Source: Perkinsus olseni
Taxonomy: Eukaryota
Assembly (NCBI GenBank): GCA_013115125.1
Contig: JABANN010000351.1
Coordinates: 1 to 36,198, forward strand
Direction of reading: 5' to 3'
DNA: 36,198 nt
The position numbers were made by a program, and so were the translations under genes. The notes below the pieces were generated by a model, which did not search any database, was not told the origin of the DNA, and was given only the letters and a program-made list of their open reading frames with translations. Numbering within the stretch: the first letter of the stretch is position 1; the number at the start of each line of letters is the position of its first letter. Shown piece by piece: positions 10,138 through 23,400 of this stretch.

Positions 10138-12543
10138 TTATAACTTCCCATCACTTTCGTTTATAGTCGCAGATTCGGTAGTAGTCGGCTCAGTCGGGCT
10201 GTCAGCCTTCCCCTTTGCCGCAGCATCCCTAGGCGTACCAACGGACTCGAGATCGTCGTCGTCTCTTTCAGGGAGTTCCCGAATACTATCAGCGACTTCA
10301 GGTTGAGCTATCCTCTGGCGCATAGCGATAGGGTTGTAACAACCATCCCAAACCTCAGCGTTGAAGCCCTTGGCGAGCCGCTGCCGATCGATCTCGACGC
10401 AGGTCTTAGCCGGAAGAAAAGACGCCGCTATGAAGTGGCGCTGCTCCAGGTAGATCCAAAACAGTATGGTCCCAATGAAGAGCGGCAGCATCAGTGGTGA
10501 CACGACCGGACCTTCCTTAATAGCCAAAACCGTCATGACAGTGAACTGGGCTATGACCGCGCAGGCTATGATGAAGCGGATGGCCCTCGACCAGAGCTGG
10601 CCCCCAGTGTCATTCGACGGGTCGTAGACCGAGGCGTACTCAATCTTGTAGACTAGCGCGTAGGTCGTGAAGGCAAACGCCATCACGAAGCTGGTGATGG
10701 GTGACATCACCGAGTAAACGAAGAGAATCATAAAGAACAGCATAACGGTAGATACCAATTTGGGCTGCTCTAGATCGACTGGGGAACTCAATGGCTTCAA
10801 CCCTAGCCAAGGGCGACTACGCTCCTTCTCAGAGAGGTTGGGACCGAGCCACTTCCTCAACAGAGCTGTCACTGCGGGGACTAGTCTGATGAGCTCCAGA
10901 CCGAGGTCGAGGCCGATCTGGACGAAGACAAAGGATATGAAGTAGTTGGCCTGCTGCGGCAGGTTGGTGGCGAGGATGGTCTGCAACGTCTCCAGAGGCT
11001 CCTCGGTGAGGTCCTTCAGACTCGCCATCAGACTGCTGGCGATGGCACTCACAAAGAAGGTCTGTATTATAAAGAACAGAGCAAGCTTACCGAAGAGGGA
11101 GGCATTCAGAGTCGCCAGGGAGATGTGGCCCTCCCATTTCGAGAAGAGCATCAGGAACACCGGCAGCAAAGCGTTCAAGATCGACAGGGCAATTGGTGAC
11201 ACCTGCTGCAGTAGAATGTCCATCGCGGGCCAGGCCTCTACGGCATCTTCGAGGAAGGGAAGCTCTTCCTTGAGAAAGGATACGTTGGAAATAGACGCTA
11301 CGAATGCAACGGGAATAGTCCAGAAAATACACAGAGCGATGGTGGCGGCCAAGGAGACCAGTAGACCGATTTGCTGATGGAGATGTGGCATACCAACATT
11401 CGACCAATACACGTCGTCCGGTAAGGGTGTAGGCTCCGTACAGAGCCTGAAGGGTTCACAATGCAGGAGCATCTGCAGGGCTATCATAGTGGACTGAAGA
11501 GTCCTGAACGTTATGAAGCCAGCAGAGCGCACTCGGAAGGTTTTCGATGACGTTATCTTGCTCAACGGGATCAGCGGCACCAGGCGTGTCACATCAGCCA
11601 TCTCGAAGCCCTTGTGAACTTTCTCCTCTTCGTCAGACGCCGCCTCCTCCTGAAAGGCCTTGGCGTCATCAATCGTTTTTGATATATACCGGTTAAGGGA
11701 GGCCAACTGGGCCTCTAGCATAGTGATAGTGTCGAGTTTATTTTTCGAGCACATCGGTTTCCGCGTCTGCTGTCGGACACCTTTTAGCTCAAGCAGATTA
11801 TAAGCATGCTCCAGATTAGGTATCAAAGATTCTCTCTCGTCGACTTCCTTCTCCAACTCATCGACGTCTAATGCCACCCGGACATCTGCAACCTGTCCGG
11901 GGGTGATATCTTCGAAATACCCGCGTAATCTATGGTTCGACCTAAGATTCTCCGGAATGCACCGCACGAAGACAGTGTAATTCGCAACGGTGTCTCTGGC
12001 CATGAACTCATGCCTTTTACGAAGATACCAGGAAAATTCACGATAGACCAAAAATAAGGTCCAGGAAAATATTACATAGGAAGCGACCAGGGTGGCCCAC
12101 ATAGCCTTACTACCATTTGGAAGATGCCCCAAACTGTGCTGATCGAGGGCGTCATCAGCGCCCTCCCCTTGATACTTATATATTGGTAGTAGATAGATAG
12201 CGTTGAAGCAGCCTACCAGGGCCACCTTCGTACCCAGTCGGAGTAGACGTATGAAAGCGACAGCATCGAGACCGGCATCAGCGAACAGCTCTTCGTCTGT
12301 GATCTTGATGGCTCCCGGTATCCAGCTCCCAAAGGTTGCAAACGCTCTCGATGAGAGTTGGCACTGCAGCTCCTCTATATACTTACGGGGTTGATAGAGT
12401 CTAGGTAGACGTGGACGAAGGATGGTGTAGAGTATGACCAAGGCAGTGAAGATACCGATGTAGATGGCGAAGGACAGGAGGACGGCCTCGCCGCCCACCT
12501 CTTCGGGACCGGGGGTAGGGGTTGGTGACGGGGTGTCTGACAT
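10138..12543 (-). CDS. TMEM63: OSCA/TMEM63 (CSC1/RSN1/ERD4-like) mechanosensitive cation channel, intronless
   Basis: Long ORF of about 800 aa with N-terminal TM, GLDAVAFIRLL, YTVFV..IP, AGFITF, P.P.DVYWSN, FWTIPVAFV.SIS, LP..ANYFI.FV and DTGGQLW. ATG at 12543. Confidence 0.92.
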   Translation of the reverse strand: MSDTPSPTPTPGPEEVGGEAVLLSFAIYIGIFTALVILYTILRPRLPRLYQPRKYIEELQCQLSSRAFATFGSWIPGAIKITDEELFADAGLDAVAFIRLLRLGTKVALVGCFNAIYLLPIYKYQGEGADDALDQHSLGHLPNGSKAMWATLVASYVIFSWTLFLVYREFSWYLRKRHEFMARDTVANYTVFVRCIPENLRSNHRLRGYFEDITPGQVADVRVALDVDELEKEVDERESLIPNLEHAYNLLELKGVRQQTRKPMCSKNKLDTITMLEAQLASLNRYISKTIDDAKAFQEEAASDEEEKVHKGFEMADVTRLVPLIPLSKITSSKTFRVRSAGFITFRTLQSTMIALQMLLHCEPFRLCTEPTPLPDDVYWSNVGMPHLHQQIGLLVSLAATIALCIFWTIPVAFVASISNVSFLKEELPFLEDAVEAWPAMDILLQQVSPIALSILNALLPVFLMLFSKWEGHISLATLNASLFGKLALFFIIQTFFVSAIASSLMASLKDLTEEPLETLQTILATNLPQQANYFISFVFVQIGLDLGLELIRLVPAVTALLRKWLGPNLSEKERSRPWLGLKPLSSPVDLEQPKLVSTVMLFFMILFVYSVMSPITSFVMAFAFTTYALVYKIEYASVYDPSNDTGGQLWSRAIRFIIACAVIAQFTVMTVLAIKEGPVVSPLMLPLFIGTILFWIYLEQRHFIAASFLPAKTCVEIDRQRLAKGFNAEVWDGCYNPIAMRQRIAQPEVADSIRELPERDDDDLESVGTPRDAAAKGKADSPTEPTTTESATINESDGKL

Positions 12544-13011
12544 CCAATTACAAGAAGAAACGACAACAACAAACTGATGCTCGGTCAATTTATGCTACAA
12601 CTGCGACTGTAACCTCTTCGACGAGAGAGAAGCTCGACGGAATGTGAACACGACTGCTCCCTGTGCTGGGGGTAGTTGAGCAGCCCAGGTCGGCTAGGGC
12701 AAACGAAAAGTTTCACCAGATCAACAAGAGTACCGCGGCACCCTGGGGAGCGCAAGAGAGCGTGAATAGGTGTACGAGTATCCCAGTCTAAGACATGAGC
12801 GAGAGTCAAGGGACCCTAAGGTAGGCATGTTTCGGTGCCCTTAAGACGAGTGGGCATCCACAGTCGATTAGACTGTCGATTACTTCAACCTCTTCAATAC
12901 GGAGCCACAAAGCAGTCCTGTGGTCAGAAGGCTGTCTAGGGCCGTTTCTAGAACATCTTACCTGGAGCTCGACCTTCGTTACGAGAAAAAGCGAAGCTCG
13001 CCACAAATCTC

Positions 13012-13040
13012 CCGGGTTCGAACCCCGGCACAGGCTTTTT
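13012..13040 (+). promoter_or_regulatory. Isolated tRNA T-arm/B-box plus acceptor-like strand and T5 terminator
   Basis: CCGGG-TTCGAAC-CCCGG, then CACAGGC, then TTTTT. The upstream sequence does not fold as a tRNA. Confidence 0.6.
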
Positions 13041-13242
13041 CCGTATTTTTCGGGGAACGCCCCGCTCACTTGGGTCGGGTTGCAAGGACAATCAGAATGA
13101 AAGTTACGTAACGTAACGGCCAGAGCATCACAGGCAAGAGTCGTTGGAAACGACTGCAGTAGCACCGCTAGCAGGGCTAGCTGGCCGCATCACAGGTACC
13201 TGCACAGCACTGCAATGCGCAGGAATCGAACTTCGATTCTTG

Positions 13243-13373
13243 GGGCTTTATTAAATTGCTCTGGGGTTTATTAAATTGCTCTGGCCTTTATTAAATTGCT
13301 CTGGCCTTTATTAAATTGCTCTGGCCTTTATTAAATTGCTCTGGCCTTTATTTAATTGCTCTGGGGTTTATTA
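13243..13373. repeat. 20-bp tandem repeat, about 6.5 copies
   Basis: Unit CTGG(CC/GG)TTTATTAAATTGCT repeated head-to-tail with no spacers. Confidence 0.95.
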
Positions 13374-13730
13374 TGGCTTAATAAGCCAGGCTTATGGTTA
13401 TTATTTTGGCTGGAAATGGTGTAGATTGTAATCCCTTCGCTACCCATAAACTTGTTTCGAAATCGGATGGCAGACCTTTAGGAACCCAACACTCTCCATT
13501 ACAGAGGGTTGCAGACTGCAACCGTGGCGAGCAAAGAACCTTCACCAAAGATGAGATCGATTCAATCTTCACCGGAGTTAACGAACACAAAGGAAGCCGA
13601 GCTCACACAGGCCGGAGCCCCCTCGGAGACGGGTGTAGGTCTGGGTCACACCTATGCCAAACCGTCTGACAAGGCAGCCTCCCTGACACATAGCTGTCCT
13701 TCGCTCGCCGCGTGATGAAGTAACAGACAA

Positions 13731-13955
13731 TTACAGAGTATTGCCACAGAAGAAGATTCTCCAGCGTCGAACGTGAAAAGTAACTGTACGGTGAAAGAGA
13801 TCCTCACCGGTGCTCACGCCCTCGAGATCAACATACCCGAGTTGCGAATCGGTCGAAAACATGAATACGATTAACCCACTTCGTGGCACCGCGACGCAAG
13901 TACGTGAGTTCAACACAAGAGCACAGACGGCTATACACAACATCACCTTCATCAT
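13731..13955 (-). pseudogene. Truncated signal-peptide ORF (decayed secreted-protein gene)
   Basis: MMKVMLCIAVCALVLNSRTCVA is signal-like, followed by an early stop. Confidence 0.3.
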
Positions 13956-14112
13956 CCTTCATGTCATCGATCTTCACTCAACAACGATCAATTATCGACG
14001 AACAATAACTTTGTTTAATTACTAAACTTCGGAGACGACTACTACACAGGACGGGATTCGCGGCCTGCAAAACGCAAGCTTGGAGTCTTCGAAGCCTCAA
14101 GCCCTCCGTTGG

Positions 14113-14860
14113 CTATGATGTTCTGGTGCCCAAATCCTGAGCCTCCTCGACTAGGAAGTCGAACTTGTCGCACAATTGAGAGAAAGTTAAGGTCGGACCA
14201 GTGTTGTCTACTTCCTTCAAACTCTTGATAACGCCCGAACAAACTCCCTTAATCGCACTTTTGTCTCTACCCTGCAGCTGCTTCGCCCGGACTGCTATCT
14301 TACTGGAAGTTGCCGCCCTACCAGCAGCGGAATACAGTTTTCTCTGTTCTTCGAGCAACACCGAAGCATCGGTCAGCAGCAGAACTGGCGATACAATATC
14401 ATTTAGGTGAGCAAGGGAATCAGAAGCAGTGATATAAAAAACTCCTGGTTGAGCATACACATCAATAGAAACCACCGTATCATCTATGTAACTGAAAGAG
14501 CACAGCCATGACGACGATCATAATAACCAAATACCCACGCTATTTTGAAGGCAGACAGTTCTCCCTTTTTCGGGCAGTTGAGTCGCTGTAGGCGCGCGTT
14601 GGTCTCGTTGACGGTGAAATACAGTGACGCGTAGTCTTCCGACTCTGACTTTCGATTGCTGTAGATACAGTAAGTGAAGTTCTTGGCGGTATTGAAAAAG
14701 GACCAATCTTGATACGGTGGGAAATCCTGAGTAACGAAAAAGGAGTAATGAACTATTCTCCGGAAAAATATATTCAAGAGTCTCGGAGCGGAAGAGAGAG
14801 GTTAGCGACTGGCCAAGTACAGCTCCTACAATGGGGGTCAGCCATCGAGGCTCTCCATCC
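14113..14860 (-). pseudogene. Frameshifted lineage-specific secreted-protein gene
   Basis: Three successive protein-like frames (signal-like WLTPIVGAVLGQ; 14777-14484; 14475-14113) are out of phase with no clear introns between them. Confidence 0.45.
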
Positions 14861-15894
14861 CCTGGGATGGTCTCGCCCCTCTGTCTGTGGAGCTTGCTTG
14901 CGTCGCTTCCCACTGTCTGCTTCGCGAGCTAGCTAGATCGTAGACGGGGTTTTGTATCCGACAGACACATTCGTAACATAAAAAGTGAGCACCGGCGACC
15001 GTTACTCACAGCGTAAATCGATTCGTCAATCGCGAGGACAAGGCATTAACCGAAAAAAAAAATTGGTTCGCGGCCAAGTGAAATGCTAACCCTACTGTGC
15101 CAGGTCCGCTTTGCGGACAGTGTTGAAAACCAATGGCAGGCAGCGATACGGTGATGATGACGGGCATCTCCTATTCTGAACGTTCTTACATCCGCGAGGG
15201 TGCCGCCAGCAGCAGCAGCAGCTGTCCTGATAGCATTTCCCCGGTGTAAGCTCGAGAGAATTGCGGCAGCCAAGGTGACGATGGAGAACGCTCTTGACGG
15301 CATTTGATTGTGCAACGGCAAATCTGCATGAAGACATTCGTGTCACAAAACCCGAGAATGGCGGTACGAATAGCTCGACCTTGCTGCGATATTGAATTTC
15401 TTTCAGCATCATGTACTTCCGTCTTCCCTCAAACTGACTATTTCTCGACGACATCCATGACAAGGGCGACTATCTTCTCGCACAAAATCACAGGCCCGCA
15501 GATTTTCCACCCAGGGACGAGCGAAATACATTACGGGACGGGCGAGTAAAGCACCGTCGCTCGCCTTTAGTACATCTTACGGCGGTACAACATCATTTTG
15601 GTATTGCAGGTGTTAGGAATACATGAAGCGTACTAGTATTCCTGTGACGGAGATGTTCTCAACAAAAGCTTCCGAGAACAATCTCCCAGTCGAAAAAACA
15701 AACTCTAGTCTCCAGTCAAACCGACAATCCCTGACATGAGACGCGGCAGTCCGAATGCCGGAGCGGCGGAGCCATCCTCTCTGGACGTCATTTTTAAACT
15801 CAAAAGAAGCGCAAGAGAAAGTGTTTCAATAAAACTCGTTACGGCATTCTACTCGGAACTGAATTCGGATTCGCCGCTCATCACATACGGGTGT

Positions 15895-18800
15895 CTATCT
15901 GCCGTCGTGAAGAATGCCATAATACGGCAGCATCGCCACCACCACCACCACCACCACGGGTACCTTCCAAACGAGCTCAGTCACGGATGCATGAGAATCC
16001 AGTGACGACTGAGGAGCAGGCACAGTCCACTCACGAGAGGGCGTCTCATCTGTCTCCTCACTGAGATCGTCGCCGGCCTCAATCCCTTCATCGTCGGAGT
16101 CATCATCATCCGATCGCACGACCGACAGGGAGCCTTTGAGAGCCGAATAATGCAGAACCTGAACCATGGACTATTATTATTTCCGTTACGGGTGAGACTG
16201 GACTGGCTCGCCCGGCCAAGCTCCCTTTCAAGTTTAACAAAGTAACGATAGAAATAGATCCATCCCCCCGAGTTGATGATGGCGATGCTTACAGAAGCAC
16301 AGGCCCAAGCGGCGGATGATAGGCACGTGAAGAATAGTAGACAAGGTCGATAGTCTCGGGAATGATCTCGGATCACACCAGCCACATAGCTGGATATGAA
16401 AAGCATCACCCCAAGGGACACGTAAAGCATCGCCACCGCTGCTGCTTCAATAGGGGGGCCTGATGAAAGAAGAAGATGGACAAGCCAACTGAACAGAATA
16501 CTCCTAGAAGGTATGCCAACCAACGACTATCAGCGGGACTCAGCGTCCAATGAGGAATACAAATTGTCGAAGCGTTTGGCATTGGACGTAACTTTCCAGC
16601 TTATATTTTATTCACAGTTTTATCAAGCCAGTTGAAGCTCTATGTTCGTAAGCGAGTCATTGTTAATTTTCGTTAATAATCTTGTGGACCGTAGAATCAA
16701 ACACATCATATTCTTCTTCGAACTTGTCTTCAGGACCAAGGAGAGAATAAGATAGTAACAGGCCGTTATCATCTTATTCTCAGGGTGCTTTTGTTAACAA
16801 CCCCTTCTACGACTCCGGCGTTCGATCTGCGGTGACTCGGCTCCACACGCAAGGACACCGGCAGATACATTACTCCTGCAGTTTGCCGCTGAGAGAATAT
16901 CCGATGCCAAGACCCAAGCGCAAGTACCACCCAGGGCGTAACCCCACCCCGTGAGTATCATAAAACTGAGACAAGATAGAATCTGCTCGTTTCCAAGCAT
17001 CGCCACGCAAGGGCGGTAGCGTGGATTCCATCTCACCCTAGTGGACTGGCTGTGAGACGCATAGCCTGGCCGACAAGACCGATCGTGATGAAGGTGAACG
17101 CGAGAAGCAGGGTTCTTGTTTTACCTACCACAATCACGCGATCGAAGAATGGACGGTAAAAATATTGCCGAAAAACTGGCTGTCGAGTGGTAATCCGACA
17201 TACCAACCCTTCAGTTCATCGCAAGATGCTTGATCGAAACTTCGAAGTACACATAATGAGCCACACTCAGCGTGATAGCAGAGGGCGAGCGAACTCTCAC
17301 GCTTGATGCTCGTCAGCACAATAGAGAATAGCGGGGAGAGGAGGGACCAGAAGGGGCAGGTGGAGAGTATCATACCTGAGGTTCAACCGAGGTCATTCCA
17401 GCAGCAGTGAGTTCTGCGTCGTCACGGGGTGCCGGTCACGCAGACAGGTGGCCCCAACGTCTCTATCAATAGAGACCGATTCAGGAGGTTGGTCGAGGTC
17501 GAGCGTATTTTCACGCGATGGACGGTGGTTCCCTCGGCCACTCCCAGTGTCTGTCGTCCAACTCAACTCACCCGCTCGTTGCTGGGTCATACCCCAGTCC
17601 CCGACGTAGTAGTCCACCGCTATCGTCTCGAAGGGGAATATTGCCGCGTATAGCAGACCCAAAGCCAACCACAGCACCCAGTACAACGCTGGCAGTGTCT
17701 TTAACGAATACCGTTGGGTAGCGTTGAAGGTGCTGAGTTCAGAGGTCGCCACATCCCGGCGTGATAGAAGTGGCCATACCAACCTAAAGTGACGATCTGC
17801 TCGATCACACTCACCCGGATACCCCGGTCCACCACGCCGTGAACATTCTCAAGAGGAGCTACCCCTCTTGGGTTGATCCCTGCGGTACCATGCGACAAAA
17901 CAACGTCAACTTCAACAAACCGTCTCGCCTACGCAATCTGCCGAACGAGCACTGGTTACCAGTGACTGGTATCATGTCTGACTAAGCATCCGGCGCCGGG
18001 CTTTGCGACCACACACACCCCTCACGCTGCCTTAAGTCTCGAAAGTGGTAGAATGATTGAAATCGAGGAAGCACCGAAGCGTTCATACGGTCCCAGCTCA
18101 CCTAGCCGTCCTCGTACCCTTGTACAGGACAGCGAAGGCGATCGCACAGACGAGGCCAACAGCCGCCAGCGCCGAGGAGAATGATATCTGAAGGGCAGCA
18201 TCGATATCCGGGGATGACAATATGCAGGGACTAATGACATGTCCACAACGAGCATGCAGGTGACGGATGCCAAATCGAATTCTCTCGGATACTTCAAAGT
18301 AGGGGTAAGCCGGAGATCCGTAGACTCAGGGCCGGAGGTCGTCTTAGTCTATCTTGGTAAACAGCGGAGTATCCCCGACGACTACGGCTACTTACTGCTT
18401 TCACAACATCACCCTGATACCAACTTAGCAGCACTGCGTTGAATGCACTACCCATCAGACCACCTGAATCTAACTTAATCGACAACCAGCGGCGCAGTCG
18501 GGATGGTGGATGGCGAGTAGAGGATCCAGAGTCATGAAGGGTAACGAATGGTCAATTGTCCAAATGCTCCTCCCGGTCTTACCCGTCCTGCAGGCTACTA
18601 TAATGAGACCATAGGCGGCCACAAGAGCACTACCCGAGAATAGACGATAGCATAGCACCGTTTGGACTGACACAAATGCGATGCGCCAGGGGGAGGTCTG
18701 CCAGTCGTGAGGTGAACGAAAGGATCATTTCCTTTTCGCGAGCGATGAATTATGTGGATTCCTGTAGTTCCAGATACGCCCGCATCGGGAAGTTTAAAGT

Positions 18801-19848
18801 CAACTCGAAGCTTTTATTCGATCAGGATGTCGCGCTGACGCCGGAGAGAGCCAGGAAAACACTGACGAGTGGCGATCAAAGGCTTGTCAACTTGCTCAAC
18901 GCGACGAAGTCAAATCCAAGCTTACCGTCGGGTGATTAACGAAGGCAATGGAGGAGAAGTCAATATTGGACGATATGAACTGAAGCGCAGACGAGCGCGG
19001 AGCAGGATAGTGCTGCTATGGAGATCCTGATAATTTTGTAGCATGAACGCGCAAAGTAAGGGGAGTTACCCAACCAGAGCGAGAATAAAAAAGTCGCCTC
19101 TCGAACTCACCAACACACAGGATATAGAGGAACGTCCAAAAGACCACTCTGCCGAACAGAACGACGGAGTACCTGTGAGAAGTCATCGATAATTTCGTGG
19201 TGCAGCGACGGTGTCCTCCGACTTACGCTCTATTCTGCAGGCCCACTACCACTAAGGCTGATCCAACACATGTGAGTGTTGCTGCTGACAACGCTGACTT
19301 GGTGCTGCCGTACCTGAGGAGGCAGAAATGTTGTCTTAGGGGAGAGCCCAGCCCAGCTACAACGACAACAGCAGCAGCGATAAGTACGAGCAATCCTTAA
19401 TAGAAATGATAAGAACAACGAAAACAGCAGCAACAACTGCGGCAGGAACCCAGGGAAAGATACTCGTGCGAGTCCATGGGTGGAAAGCCGAAAGACGCCA
19501 TATGACTATATCATATAATACCAAAACTACTGACCCTCCGATCACCAACATGGCGAGTAACAATGATGATATTGACAGCCCCATCGTGTTGGGCTTACTT
19601 GGCTACCATCACACCAAAAGGCCCACACAGGACGCCAGTCAATGACGGCAAGGAGAACAGCAAAGCGAAGCGCTCGTGGTCGATTCTGAGGTACTCTAGG
19701 ATCTAACAGGCCATCGCCGTGATATAGCTGCCCTCTAGCGAGACGCGGCACCTGCGTCTTGTACGCAGCCAGGACGCTGTCAGCAAAGTATGCCCCTGGG
19801 ATATAGAGGCAGATGAGGAGGTGGAGGAGGCAGCGATGGAAGATACGT
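15895..19848 (-). CDS. MFSD1-like major facilitator superfamily transporter, multi-exon (5' and 3' ends unresolved)
   Basis: Spliced exons give PGAYFADSVLAAYKTQ|ILEYLRIDHERFALLFSLPSL...GVMVAK|YGSTKSAL...|YSVVLFGRVVFW..., LPALYWVLWLALGLLYAAIFPFETIAVDYY...GMTQQRA, further TM exons and an acidic tail. These resemble MFSD1 TM1 (YF.D) and TM7 (W...Y..FPF). Confidence 0.7.
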
Positions 19849-22800
19849 CTAGGGTCGACGACATATCTGACCATCACATGAAGCTCTTCTACATATTCCT
19901 CATAAGCGACTCGGAGGTTAGGGCAAGAGACTGATCGAGCAATGAAGTCGGTGGATTTTAATTGGTTATGCGTGAGGCGCAGTTTGGGCGCAGTTGGCGG
20001 ACTTCGACTTGGCGTAGTGCACAGTTTTTTGTGAAGTGACTGAGTCAAATCACTCTCGAATTGACGCTTCGGAAATGCAAATCAGTACTCCTCATGAAAC
20101 GTGGAATGTGGACCATTCTCTGTCCTGGTGGAATGTGTTCAGTAGCGGATCTCGTATCCCGGGCTCAACTCGAGTGCTCGAAATACTGTTATTAACTCGA
20201 CTGTCTATCCTATCGATTGTCCACTATTGGTACATACCAACCCAAACTCTACGTCCATGCAGGTGTACCCGGCTGAGTGGCTGAACCCCTCCACCCAGCC
20301 GTTATCCTCCTTCACTTCGGAGGGCCCGAGGATTGTTTGAAACTCTCATGACAGCTCACTCATGGCTCTCAGCTGCACTCTTGACCTAATTGGCCCGGCA
20401 AGACCCTCTCCAGGCGCAAAGCTTCGAACCCCTTGGTACGGAAGGCCTACTTGAGGCAGCTTGTCCAGAAGCTCCTCCTGTTCGGATTCCCATCGACTGC
20501 GATGGGGGGTGGTAGCTGACTGAGCAAGGGTATGGTGGAGGAGGACTCCGACGACGGTGGTTCAGCGGGCTGAGAATCCACAAAAAAACTCCAGGCCAGA
20601 TATACACACTCAACCGAACCATCGACAGCGAGAGCGCAGCTTTAGGAATGGTAGTGGACTTACTTCCACTCGAGGAGTCAAGAACTCACTGCCTGAAGAG
20701 CCCGACCTGAAAGATGGCGATCATCTTTATGCTAACATATAGAACAGAAATAGGAGCCGGAATGACCAGGTAATGACGGAATTCTACAGGGCAAACAAAT
20801 CCCTCACGCAGATCGCAACGATTCACTCATGTATCGATCGACCGTCTCATTCATGAAGCTAGCGTGATCGCCTGGAGACTCTGGACCGCACAGTTAGTTT
20901 TCGGAGGGGATCCGTACAGGATGGCCTCAGGCTGAGACTTGTTAAAGTAGTATTTTGTCGTTCAATATCATGCCGACTTGAGAATTCAAGACACTGGTAT
21001 GCTCTAAGACGGAAGGAGAAAGTGCCACCTTCTCATACTTCAACGAGCAAAACTCATCAAGTTCATCACCATCATCGTCCTCCTCCAGGCACGGCCCGGC
21101 AGAGCTCGTCATTAACGACAAATAACAATATACTCGAACCCTCCACCGTCATCATCATCATTGAAACAACGCGAGGCTGGGTGAGATTGAGAAACATTTG
21201 CATGAAACGAAGCCGTTCAATACATTGCCGTTGCCATAGCAGCCTCGGAAACGGCAACATGCTTATGGCCTCGCTGCGTACCTTACACTTACACGTACCT
21301 CACCTTGCTGTGCCTTTCGAAAATACAAGTGAGTATGAGCGGCAGAGCAACAGCACCCGCATGGTCGTCAGCACAGCAGAGGGCAGAAGAGAGCGTAGCT
21401 ACAATAACGGGCGAGCGAATACGATCATACCTAAGGAGGACGAATCGAGTCCCTATACCAATAATGACTTTGCGATGTCGTTCGGTAACTCCCCGCCATT
21501 GTTCTGAAAATACTCCGATCTGCTCGGCGAGAGCAGGTCGGGAGCCATACCTCCCGGAAGCTCCTCACACACGGTTGGTCGGCTGAAAACACAAGTCAAA
21601 GCGGAGCAGCATCATCATCATCATAGCATATGTGTGTTCAACTAGTGAAGTTGGGATATCCCATTCGAGGGGACTCAGCTGTTGAAGTGACAGATGGCAC
21701 AGCCCGCATGCCTCTCGCATTCTCGCTTCTGATTGTCTGACTCAATCTCATATAGATTTTCGATGTGTGCTACGCATACTCCTGAGCGTCTTCGCTGTGC
21801 TTGGATACGTCCGTCGCGATGCATGCAGTAGATGCAATAAGTTGCCAGGACATCCACGGGAACCCAACTTCATGCCAGATCCCCGTACTCGGAGTCACGC
21901 TTGATCAGCTTATCGCCTCCCGTCAGCGCTACAAAGGTCTAGCTGTCCTTGGAGGCGATGCAACGGACTAACATGTACAATACCCCAGCCTCCGCCTTTA
22001 TTGCGCCTGGGTTAGTAAGAACGCGTGCACAGAGGTGCCTCACCACACCAAACCAGTGATTCCGGCGAGCGAGATTAGAGCTGCGCGGCGGAGCGGAGCC
22101 GAGCCGGCACATACCCCGCGTGACTCCCCATCACGTAATAGAATCGCGGCATTGTGCAGCACCGCCACGGAATTGACCACAAAATCGGAGCTCACTGCCT
22201 TCCTGTATGCCAGGAAAGCGGGAGTGACCGAAAAAAGGTCACTCGGTAAATTGCCAAGGAAGTTCGGGTGTAATGCGCTAAAGCGCAAATGCTCCTTTTT
22301 CTTCTTATGAATGGTATGTTAGAGGACGTCCCCTGCATCGCCTTGCCCAGCCTTGCACTGGCAACTTCGAAAGCTCTCGGCCACGATATAGAAGATGGCA
22401 TTCCGTGAGACGACTTTGCGAGGGCCAAGGGGAGGCGAAGCTCGCCTGGCGAGCCGGCCCGGGCCGATCGAGCCGCTCGACTCGTACTAGGCAAGTTCAT
22501 GCTCGCGAGGTGTGTCACAGTGATGAGCCAGTATCGCCAGTGGTGATATATCTGGTTACACACGTTGCTCAGCGACCCAATCAGCCGAGTTGAGCAGCTC
22601 AATTGACGGGTGATTTCGAGTTCCATCGGTCACCAGGGGTCGCCTTCTCGAAGGTGTACGGCCCGCACAATCGATGGATGCACTCTAGTCAAGTGAACAG
22701 CTGAAGACCACCGTAGCGCACTGGGCTGCCCAGCTCGGAAAGTGACAAAAGCTGTGAACACAGGGAGTGACTCCTCTGGAGTAGACAATGACACGGATTT

Positions 22801-23250
22801 CATCTTCTGCCTTGAAGATGGTGGTTGTCTTTCGCTGGGCCACCCCGCAGGATCAGCCGCTATTTGCACTCAGCCCGAATGTCTCTGATCATTTTGAGCT
22901 GATCGTTGCCGAGACACCGGCCCAGCTCGGATTCGAACACCCGTGACCAGCGTGTTGCGTCATGTATTAAATGCCGAGAGCGGCAAGCTAGTTTACAGAT
23001 ACAACAGCATGACGTCCGTCCATATCGGCGGAATAAAAGTTGTTCATAAAAATGAAAATTCACACACCAGCTTGACCCAAGTGGCTCGAGTTTTAACCCA
23101 CAAGTTCAACTGAAGCACGTGATGCACGCGCTAGAGAGAGTACGTTTTTGAAAACGTCGTATTGATATGCTTTTTTTACACGGTAAATGTGTTCATCGCA
23201 CTCCAATGCTGCCGCCTTGCCGATGCCATATCCAACGCACAAGCCCGCTA

Positions 23251-23400
23251 TCCAACTCAACTCACCCGCCCGTTGCTGCGTCATACCCCAGTCCCCGACG
23301 TAGTAGTCCACCGCTACTGTCTCGAACGGGAATATTGCCGCGTATAGCAGACCCACCCAGTACAACGCAGGCAGTGTCTTTAATGAATACCGTTGAGCAG
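23251..23400 (-). pseudogene. Duplicated fragment of the MFS TM7 exon (copy of 17557-17721)
   Basis: Near-identical to 17557-17721 with scattered substitutions and a 15-nt in-frame deletion (LWLAL missing). Confidence 0.85.

Noticed and set aside
10303-12394. Plus-strand ORFs within the OSCA gene and similar short ORFs elsewhere
   Set aside because: Antisense shadows of real coding sequence with no recognisable motifs.
12953-12966. U1 snRNA 5' end (CTTACCTGG)
   Set aside because: No U1 loop I/II or Sm site follows. It is better explained as a minus-strand CAG/GTAAG donor.
13243-13373. CRISPR-like array
   Set aside because: Units are contiguous with no unique spacers, the context is eukaryotic, and no cas genes are present. 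The same applies to 29038-29153.
22918-22950. Weak tRNA-3'-like GGTCACGGGTGTTCGAATCCGAGCTGGGCC (minus strand)
   Set aside because: The stem is disrupted and there is no terminator, so it is too weak to call.
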